DNA from: Veleropilina oligotropha
Taxonomy: Eukaryota
Direction of reading: 5' to 3'
NCBI GenBank assembly: GCA_048128005.1
Contig: JBEUKZ010000006.1
Span: forward strand, 310,001 to 374,000
Length of the DNA: 64,000 bases
The notes beneath the pieces are model-generated. The model ran no database searches and was not told the origin of the DNA. It worked only from the letters and a program-made list of their open reading frames with translations. Of the stretch, positions 56,601 to 64,000 are shown one piece after another. The position numbers and the translations under genes are program-made. Each line of letters opens with the position of its first letter. Position 1 is the stretch's first letter.

Positions 56601-59600
56601 AGATACGATTCGGAAATGAAAACAATTAAAAAATTCCATCAAGGGCAATAACTGTGTTAATAATCGCTGCACAACGTCGAAATTAGCAAAAGGCGCCAGT
56701 TGACCAACTACTTAATACATCCAGCAAGTTTCGTAAAGTTATGTCGAGCAGTGTTTGAGATACGGTCCAGAAAAGATAACATTAACGAATTTACAACAAG
56801 GGCAACAAGAGAAATCAGAGGAGATTACAAACTCTCGCCCGGGGCTAAGGAAGACGACGGTGAAAGTCAGAATCAAATATTTCTGAACATGAGTTACAAT
56901 TATAAAAAATTTCAGGAAAAGTTGATTACAGAATCAAATGCTTGGCGGTGTAAATTATATCACATTATTAGCATTAAATTTAAATAAAATAAATTATATT
57001 GGAGGTAACCCGAATCGAACCCCGGACCGCCAGATCTTTCCCAAACGACGTAACCGTTTATGCCATACAGACAGTCGAATTACACCGCCAATTAGGCTAT
57101 TTATATTTGGTGTTACATTTTTGTATTTGCAAATGTTGCCGAAGTATATAACTCGCAATAACACAATAGTTAAGCTATATACCTGAAATATTCAGGATAG
57201 GTTGATTACCGTATCAATGCTTAGCGGTGTAAATTATATCACATTATTAGCATTCAATTTAAAGAAAATATAAAAAATTATTGTGGAGGTAACAGGAATC
57301 GAACACCGGACCTCCAGATCTTTCCCCAACGACCTAACCGTTTACGCCATACAGACAGTCGAATTACAACTGCCAATTAGGCTATTTATATTTGGTGTTA
57401 CATTTTTGTGTTTGCAAATTTTGCCGAAGTTGACAACACTTAACTCGCAATAACTCAATAGTTACTAAAGCGATATACCTGAAATTTTCAAGAAAGATAG
57501 ATTACGGTAACCTTCCTTAATGGTGTAAATTATATCACGGCGTTAACAGTAGTTAAAGAGATATGAGTCACAATTAGCTAAGGCGCTATTTGTGTAGACC
57601 ATCTAAATAAGAATATATTGAAGATATGCAATAAAATTTAATGGCAAGCATTAATTTAATAATGCAAGAGATAATATAAATAGTATCAGTCAACAAGACT
57701 TAACCCTTCAATTAAAAAAAAAGAAAAAATATGTTTTAGAATGTCGTTTTTGGCATAGTATTTTGTAACATGCTTGTGCACCTCTTACATAACTGCCTAC
57801 GGACGCACGCCTGTAACCAGTAAAACTGTACCCCCTTTTGACGCGAAGTATTAATCAAAAGCTTCTTACTAATGTTAATTAATTGCATTTTTAGCATCGT
57901 CTTTATAATTAAAAACAGTTTTTAAAATGGCCCTTGCGTACGTTATCGTGTCCGTCAAAATTTAAGCTGTCAATGCGCTGCTGCTTATAATCATATAAGA
58001 GGCAGACAATAATCAGTATAGGTATGAACTGAGGTAGAAACCAGTTTTCTTCATTACGTAACTTGTATTTTACCCAGTGTCGTTTTTTTATTATCATTGA
58101 ACAGTTTTGAAAAAACTCCTACATTTTCCGTCAGGAAATAACGTGGGCAATTTATTCTAATATCGGACGGCAACTGAACACTACATCTCACAGATAATCT
58201 TTCAGAAGACTAGATTTCGTCACATGGAGAGGATTAAATAACCAGTTTGTGTTGCAGACGGCAGTAATGACGACATAAGGCACGATATGAAGTATCCGTC
58301 AAAAAATTTAACGCGCGACAATATTAACGTGCGTAAGGTTTCTGTCAAAATAACATGCGTCTAGACAGGGAAACTTAGCTGATGCAAGATTATGTCTTGA
58401 TTTGACGACGTTGTATCGCATACTGAATATGTTATGGTATATTTTTGTAACCCTTTGTATGGACTCGTTATTCTAGTCAAGATGAAACACTGTAAATCGA
58501 AGGGTTTAGCAAGTATGCTCCAACATTCCTCTTTTAAATTGTTCACAATAGATTTATTTATCCACTTTTTAAAACATATCCTGTCTTGCTTGAAAGATGA
58601 ATGCTAAATCATTATTATAAATCATTTTTGCTCAGTTTGCATTATTAATATGGCTTGTTTTCTAGTTTGTGTGGAAGCCGTCATATGTGTCCGTCAAAAT
58701 AACATGCATAATTTTGACTCATATCATAAATATCGCAACGTCTCGACAACTTTGACTTCGGAACAATAATTATTGCTACAAATGCACTCAAACACATAAA
58801 GTATAGCGATAAGAGTTGTAGATAATGTCCCACTCTGTCACTTGGCAAAATTTGAGGTGTCTGGTTTCAGTGGTTACATATTTACGGCATTTATTTGCAA
58901 TTGGCATTGGTTGATTTCTAAAATGCTTATAAAGTTCACATTTCATATTATTTTCTAAATATTTTTGCTGATATCAATATCATTTCATCATGACTATGAT
59001 TTGCATAACGAATTTAATCCGATTACAAATTGACCCCTTATTTTTCAAATTTTAAATCCCTGTGGCGGCCATCTTGTGTGAGAAAGATTCTATATAAGTC
59101 ATGTTGTCATTGACCCCTGATCTAAAGAACATTTTGAGCCTATTTTGATATTTGCACGATGAAGCGTTTTAATGCTACAGCCGAAAACTTGTAAACCGGA
59201 TATTGCCTCATAAAATCCGAATCCGGTGTACCACGAAATCCTCCCCCCTGAAAATCCTCGCCCCCGGGGGCGGATATCCTAGGAAATACTCCCCCTCGGG
59301 GGGGGGGGGGGGGAGGATCTCTCCCCCCCCCGCCAAATTTTGATAATAAATATTTTTTTTTCTTATTAGTAAACATTTGTGAACTAACAATGGAGTCTTT
59401 GAACACTCAGCACCGCTCAATGGTCAGGTTGAGGTAGTGGGGGTGGGGGGGAGAAATTCCTAGGAAATGCCCCCCCCCATTGTGGGAATAAACCGGGAAC
59501 CTAAATTATTATTATTTAATTATTATTTAATACATTTATAATGCGCCTATTCTAGTGTAGCTCTAAGCGCAGTACAAACTATAACTAATATTACAGTATA

Positions 59601-62600
59601 ATGTACACAAGAATATACAGGAGAGACATCAATGATACATACTATGAATGCAATAAGCAATAATAATAATAAACAGAATGAATCGATGTATAATTTAATT
59701 GATTTAATTGAATGTGGAAATCTATCTATAAAGTTGAAGAGTAGATTTGCCAGCTAAAACTTAGTGCTCTGCTGCATGCACATTAATTACATGTTTGTAA
59801 ATTTAAGTATTATAAAATTATTGTATCATATGCGCTCTTATAACTTAGTATTGCTATATTATTTATTTTGATCCTTCTATATTATTAAGAGCAAATAAAC
59901 ATAAATGATTTGAAAGGAAATTGTTATCATTACAGCATGCAAACATGTATGATGAAGGAATTTATGTTTAAAGATGCTACATAGCGCCCGATTTCGCAAC
60001 TATATCTTATAAATAGAGGTACGATCCTCATACAGGCCCGCCTTTTGGATATATACATCCATAGAGAGTAAAATAATCAATAACTCTATAAAATTTTCCA
60101 CTTTGTTCACTCTTTCCCAGAACGTAAATAAACGAAAAAGACCTTGACCTTTGACCCAGTGACCTCATCTTTCAACGTAGTTAATTAAGGCCTGATGATA
60201 CAAAAGGTATATTCCAAATATGAATGCTGTAGATCCAGCAGTTCATCTTCAATGTGACAAAATTAAAGTACTAGAACGGAGTATTTCCTAGGAGGAATTC
60301 CCACTACCTCAACCTGACCATCGGGCGGTGCTGAGTGTTCAAGTACTAGAACGGAGTATTTCCTAGGAATTCCCACTACCTCAACCTGGCCATCGGGCGG
60401 TGCTGAGTGTTCAAGGATTCCATTAGTTCACATATGATTATCAATAACACAAATATAATAATATATATCATCATAAAAATTTGCATGGTGGGGGGAGTAT
60501 TTCCTTTTACACCGGATTACAATCCAGACCATCTTCAAGGAGGACCGAGCCAGGGAGAAACCATACCTTGTGTAAAAATTTCAAGTAAATCGGATCTATA
60601 GTTTTCGAGTTATGCGAATGGACATATATACAAACATATGGACTCACATACATATATACGGAGCCGATTGCAATACCCTCGCCTCTCCTCCGGAGGCAAG
60701 GGTAATAACTCTGTTCATAATAGTGGCACAACGTTGAAACTAGCAAAAGGCACCAGTTCACTGAGGACTTAATACACCCAGCAACTTTCGAAAAGTTATG
60801 TCGAGCGGTGTATGAGATATGCTCGGGAAAAGATAATTTGCACGGACGGGCGGTCTTCATTTTAATATGCCCCACAAATTTTTGTTTGCGGGGGATAACA
60901 AAGTACTCTATAGACAGTAATTCTTTAGTTCTGAGCAAAGAATTTAGTGCACACATGTGATTCTACGCTATAAAAATAAATCAGTATTTTCTAAATTTAA
61001 TTTATATCTAGTTTTATTTAAATTGGCACAGATCCCAGCATACCTTTAGGCACCTTGCAAACTTCTCGCGCCCGGCACTGTAGTCACCGCTATGAAGGCA
61101 AGCCATCCCCCAGGCCGCCCACACGCCCGTGGGGTCCAAGCCACACTTGGTAGAGACCTCCATCGCCAGTGGTAGTCTCTCCGCTTCTATCAATTTATCA
61201 CGTAACCGTCTGATAAGAAAATATGAAATAATGATCAGTTGCATATCATTAGTGAATTTGAAGCCTAGTAGTTTACCCTAACTTTTATAGAACAAGTTAT
61301 TACATTTTCAAAGTACATAAAATCAGTAATACAATTTATAACTAGTAAGTAAATACAGACAGCATTTGCCTTGAATCGGTTGGTTTACGTCCACATTTTA
61401 ACAAATGTTCAGACGTGATGCAGTCGGGGGCCGTTATAACATCTCTATCCGATGGACAGAAGCTGTGCGCAATGGAAATGATAAGAAAAATTTCATGCAT
61501 GTCAGAAAATATAATTGAGGTCATAGGCTCTGTGGTCCGGATAATGCTGATGGCAAAGACAATGTAAAATAACCTCAAGAATAATTATTATAACTTAGAA
61601 GATACTAAAATGCATAAATTATTCTTTAACCGTTTTATTATACACAATGGCTGGGGACTTGCTAACAACATTTCAGCTTAGTAACACTTACAACAATTAA
61701 TCATCAATTGGTGTCAATAAAATTACTGATAAAAGGTCACCTGTCATTATTTAGATCATCTGAACATTATAACTGGAAATGGATGGTTGTGTTTTCAATA
61801 CAAAATCCTTGTCGTGTTACCTGACGATCTCCACTTTGGTCAGCTCTTGTATCGACGGCAGGTCCTGGTAGTGGCTCGCCACCATCTGCTTCAGCAGATC
61901 CACACGGACCTGATACGTATCGCAGAGACCTAGTGATGCAGTCGCACTGCAGCGGATGAACTTCATCTTGGCATGGAACAACAAAGTCTTCATCATGCTG
62001 AAAACAGACGAAACCGTGAACATACAGACATCAAAAGTAACCCACACTCCAACGAACACTCCATATTTCTAACTGTGACTGTTAATGAACAAAACGCCGA
62101 GGATTGGAATCCACTCATGTTACTCTGACCACTCATGTTAATCTGACCACTCATGTTACTCTGACCACTCATGTTAATCTGACCACTCATGTTACTCTGA
62201 CCACTCATGTTAATCTGACCACTCATGTTAATCTGACCACTCATGTTACTCTGACCACTCATGTTACTCTGACCACTCATGTTAATCTGACCACTCATGT
62301 TACTCTGACCACTCATGTTACTCTGACCACTCATGTTAATCTGACCACTCATGTTACTCTGACCACTCATGTTACTCTGACCACTCATGTTAATCTGACC
62401 ACTCATGTTAATCTGACCACTCATGTTACTCTGACCACTCATGTTACTCTGACCACTCATGTTACTCTGACCACTCATGTTAATCTGACCACTCATGTTA
62501 CTCTGACCACTCATGTTACTCTGACCACTCATGTTAATCTGACCACTCATGTTAATCTGACCACTCATGTTACTCTGACCACTCATGTTACTCTGACCAC

Positions 62601-63942
62601 TCATGTTACTCTGACCACTCATGTTAATCTGACCACTCATGTTAATCTGACCACTCATGTTACTCTGACAACTCAAGCGAGTGAATATGAAGCCAAGCTC
62701 TTGTCCTACCTCTTAACCTAGTGGCGCTTTTACAGGACAAGGGGTAATGAAAATCAATCAAACAATATAAGATATTTATTTACCTTATTACAAGGCTGTA
62801 ATCCACCTCAGGGTTGGGAATGCCCGGTGCGATTGGTCGCAGGTGTTTTGATAAATCATCGCAAAATTTCAACATGAGCTGACCACACTCCTTCTGGTTG
62901 CTATGGAGATGGAGAATGGACATGCAGAGGGAGGTACTCGGAGCCTGCAACAGAGAACAATCATGAAATAACATGCAGAGGGAGGTACTCGGAGCCTGCA
63001 ACAGAGAACAATCAATAAATAACATGCAGAGGGAGGTACTCAGAGCCTGCAACAGAGAACAATCATGAAATAACATGCAGAGGGCGGTACTCGGAGCCTG
63101 CAACAGAGAACAATCATGAAATAACATGCAGAGGGAGGTACTCGGAGCCTGCAACAGAGAACAATCATGAAATAACATGGAAATGTAGAAGGATTACAGG
63201 GAAAAAAAAAGATCAACAATATCATATGGCGAGAGACATTGCGGTACATTACATAGCACATGGTGTTAACCCCATCAGCACCTCCATTTGTAGCTGATGG
63301 CTTCAAAGTCATAACAAGATGTTGCTCGACAACAATATATAATACATAATCTGGGCAAAGAATGTGACTATCATTGGCCATGGATATCACTTGTTACAGA
63401 GACCTGATCATTATTTTTAATATCATAACATGCAAATGGTGTTTTACTAGGTGGAGTACAATATGACAATTTTGATTGACATCTGGCATCATCCAATCAA
63501 AGCAGAGATTCCACGAGTGGAGCAAATAAATTTGACATTAGTCATGCTATATGTGAAGTGTACCATGATTATGAGGAGTTTATTGGTAATTGTTATGAAG
63601 ACCTCACCCAAGCATAACAGAGATGTCACACGAAAAGCATAACAGAGACGTCACAGGAAAAGATAACTAAAATGTTCCATCATCTACGTTTTCACCTGCT
63701 CGTAGTAGAAGTCCTCTCGCACGTTATTGTTGTGGTCAGAACTGAGCTGCAGCTTCCACTGGTTGTCGATGTGATGGATCGCTCCGGCCAAGTCCTGGTC
63801 AGCTTGACCCTGGCTCCCGACGAATGAGTCATGACTGATCGAAGTGTCGATCCTGGCACCAGAGAGATGCGGGGTTCCGTCGCTTACACCAGACATGCGG
63901 TCCTTGATCCTCTGCTGGTAAAGGTCGGGTTCGTCCTTAAAC
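38700..63942 (-). CDS. ZFYVE26: Zinc finger FYVE domain-containing protein 26 (spastizin/SPG15), last 14 exons, ~707 C-terminal aa; 5' part lies beyond the window
   Basis: Exons in gene order: 63942-63696, 62944-62784, 61997-61821, 61209-61044, 54992-54900, 54039-53980, 53055-52909, 52260-52063, 44295-44054, 42029-41855, 41136-41077, 40335-40153, 39436-39386, 38864-38700(TGA). All are GT-AG with consistent phases. Motifs VREDFYYEQAPSTSLC, NPEVD, EVSTKCGLDPTGVWAAWGMACL..REKFARCLK, QECRFYL, YLMAACRHL, AMTCI and CGKLKSAYLLAVK match the spastizin C-terminus as I recall it. Confidence 0.93.
42047..43214 (-). mobile_element. Non-autonomous Helentron/DINE-1-like element with ~183-bp internal tandem repeats
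   Basis: Minus-strand 5' end ttatgccccgggacgg..cccgaagggcata, (cgta/cgtc)n microsatellite at 43112-43168, ~4 AT-rich units starting near 42338, 42520, 42703, 42888 and 43070, and a 3' end ccggggcat + hairpin atgttcc-ga-ggaacat + tctagtt. Confidence 0.8.
44590..44789. repeat. DIRS 3' inverted terminal repeat (plus 3' extension 44553-44589)
   Basis: Exact reverse complement of 51725-51924 on base-by-base reading. Confidence 0.95.
44850..44939. repeat. DIRS internal complementary region (ICR)
   Basis: gtaaggatgtaagtatgttttaactaatattaggtttacttaaaaacctca (element 3' end) joined to tatgtagttacaaacttacttacgtccttactcttgcca (element 5' end). Confidence 0.93.
45731..48175 (-). CDS. DIRS tyrosine recombinase ORF (YR domain in the last ~370 codons; the 5' part overlaps pol in another frame)
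   Basis: KTVFLIALASGRRCSEIHSL (catalytic R), FLAKNQ, CPVRALRFYLDRT, AHEVRAIAAS (HxxR), W..F..HY (catalytic Y). The true start codon is uncertain. Confidence 0.92.
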   Translation of the reverse strand: MPTVRSIVSPLRLHENSTGPRGLPTLTRAQGTYVPRRLADPRGVPGSVPPVYELYPVIDEAPGISDQRDKILLRTLDDVYVPRSRLRYGPVHREADPEAYAEPTRGYPRHPVIGHNYGATTGHCPGAHRVGSDPATDGSHGQTTVTTGVQGSLDTTDGAVDGSHRSSALVYQHNSSVVEPCFAGPVGSYIPARAERLPVHRRFERRLGWSPRQLRDIRPMADGPSGTTYQLPRVRSRLPVSTVPLVTSPQQAHNARHGQHDCRRLHPAPGRHSLASPLRPSNRPTPPSDVPQLDDSSPTHPGKAECQSGRALSEITDYTHRVDATQPSSSGRLSPVVATPSRSVCNRVQLPTTSVCLPVPGPGRPSGRRTVNDMGESVRICLPPVVHSITGITEGIERTLRDNANSAPVSHATLVSDPPRSDRRSTISATAETRPVNAAALPCTTPIAERLTFTRLAVIERSLAKKGFSHATALRIYRSRRISTTKVYDYRWVKYVDWCHSRQVNILRPPVNKFIEFLSSLFARGMSVSAVKGYRATVATTLKQCRAHVGLSSDRTISDFMRSYELEMPTRTIKPPAWNIVLILNALLLPPYEPMSTVTMRNLTHKTVFLIALASGRRCSEIHSLSAELRDIRFQSDGSVMLRPILGFLAKNQRPNEDAPDIIIPKLTLVGRHDEDRLNCPVRALRFYLDRTRDLRQGKLRLFISYLPSFTRDITKTTVSRWISQVVRDVYSRCEEVDRTILTVRAHEVRAIAASIAFRHNLNITALLQAGYWKNANVFVKHYLRDYSTGADGLSSLQCVAAQRCIVRPRSSNQ
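46642..48700 (-). CDS. DIRS pol: reverse transcriptase - RNase H - DNA N6-adenine-methyltransferase-like domain, with one frameshift at ~48410
   Basis: PVGACL..W..WV..GYKLAF..GFYSHFF (frame of ORF 48261-48923), then VPKPDGRWRPILDL, IDLTDAYLHVP, LPFGLSSAPYVFT, YLDD, FLG; RNase H FTDAS..INFLELEAV..TDNTTVVAYI..HIPGKLNVRADALSR; MT-like VDLFAT..YAFPP..PWFP. Confidence 0.92.
48715..50972 (-). CDS. DIRS gag-like ORF, frameshifted near 49270-49300
   Basis: ATG at 50972. N-terminal Cys/His finger C..GC....DKHTECRIHRSCSRKLQCDLC, low-complexity Ser/Pro middle, and a C-terminal helical region (FESAARRALRLSSVQDFFL..NALLLRRDACL..LF) in the ORF 48715-49269 frame. Confidence 0.8.
51725..51924. repeat. DIRS 5' inverted terminal repeat (element starts at 51940)
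   Basis: Exact reverse complement of 44590-44789; 51925-51940 matches the ICR. Confidence 0.95.
56022..56186. repeat. Long palindrome/hairpin (~75-bp arms)
   Basis: gtggtggtgtaatatcacatttatgaaa..aattttcatattttcc / ggaaaatatgaaaatt..tttcataaatgtgatattacaccaccac, loop core cctcggcaaagccttgg. Confidence 0.9.
57565..58720. mobile_element. Sola-like MITE
   Basis: atat|GAGtcacaatta ... taattttgaCTC|atat: 4-bp TSD and GAG..CTC termini. Removing it restores family B. Confidence 0.7.
59227..60511. mobile_element. Ginger-like non-autonomous element
   Basis: ccgg|TGTA ... TACA|ccgg, with long imperfect inverted arms (gaacactcagcaccgc..ggtcaggttgaggtagtggg vs cccactacctcaacctgacc..gcggtgctgagtgttc). 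Removing it restores family B. Confidence 0.65.
62111..62675. repeat. 18-bp minisatellite, ~31 copies, two unit variants
   Basis: ccactcatgtta(c/a)tctga in tandem, inside ZFYVE26 intron 61998-62783. Confidence 0.97.
62920..63179. repeat. 51-bp tandem repeat (5 copies) spanning a ZFYVE26 intron/exon junction
   Basis: acatgcagagggaggtactcggagcctgcaacagagaacaatcatgaaata x5. Each copy carries tgttctctgttgcag|GCTC(C/T)GAGTACC on the minus strand. Confidence 0.95.
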
Positions 63943-64000
63943 CTACCATACAATAGTTTTAAAATGGCAATTTGTCTCCATTTTTATGCCTCCGAATCTT

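Larger units (their letters stand above)
56805..60706 (-). mobile_element. Family B element nested in family A
   Basis: Reverse complement of 8267-9385 in pieces (60706-60512, 59226-58721, 57564-56805); it splits the A motif gagttat|tgcccttg. Confidence 0.8.
55284..60898 (-). mobile_element. Family A Helentron/DINE-1-like element hosting nested insertions
   Basis: Minus-strand 5' end ttatcccccgcaaa..tttgtggggcatat + cgtccgt at 60898-60840; aagggcaataact repeats at 56340-56800; 3' end ttgcgggggatattgatgactttgtcttcttgtt at 55284-55316. Confidence 0.7.

Noticed and set aside
57001..57358. tRNA genes
   Set aside because: A/B boxes are present, but I could not build a cloverleaf and they lie inside a repeat family; treated as tRNA-derived.
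61993..62721. 227-aa and 205-aa repeat ORFs
   Set aside because: They arise from an 18-bp unit; the flanking ZFYVE26 exons join in phase without them.

Overview
AT-rich, intron-rich animal genomic DNA, probably a marine invertebrate/lophotrochozoan (inferred only from the SINE and Helentron-type repeats). Three spliced host genes can be read exon by exon: the last 3 exons of a PP1-beta catalytic subunit (+, to 4048), a complete 12-exon GTPBP2 (+, 10573-20869, ~550 aa), and the last 14 exons of ZFYVE26/spastizin (-, 63942-38700), convergent with GTPBP2. A very young 7.4-kb DIRS1-type tyrosine-recombinase retrotransposon (44553-51940) sits in a ZFYVE26 intron. It has perfect 200-bp ITRs, an ICR that spells out the circle junction, gag, RT-RNaseH-methyltransferase and YR ORFs, and two frameshifts. 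The rest is tandem repeats (35-, 40-, 60-, 51-, 28-, 18-, 17-bp units), SINEs, MITEs and a four-level nest of non-autonomous DNA elements. Best leads: a chain of overlapping uORFs plus C/EBP, CRE and ATF4-type sites in front of GTPBP2; in-frame tandem duplications of splice sites in both ZFYVE26 and GTPBP2; and the fully readable DIRS integration junction. I found no prokaryotic-type system, CRISPR array or clear RNA gene. All calls were made by eye with no database search.
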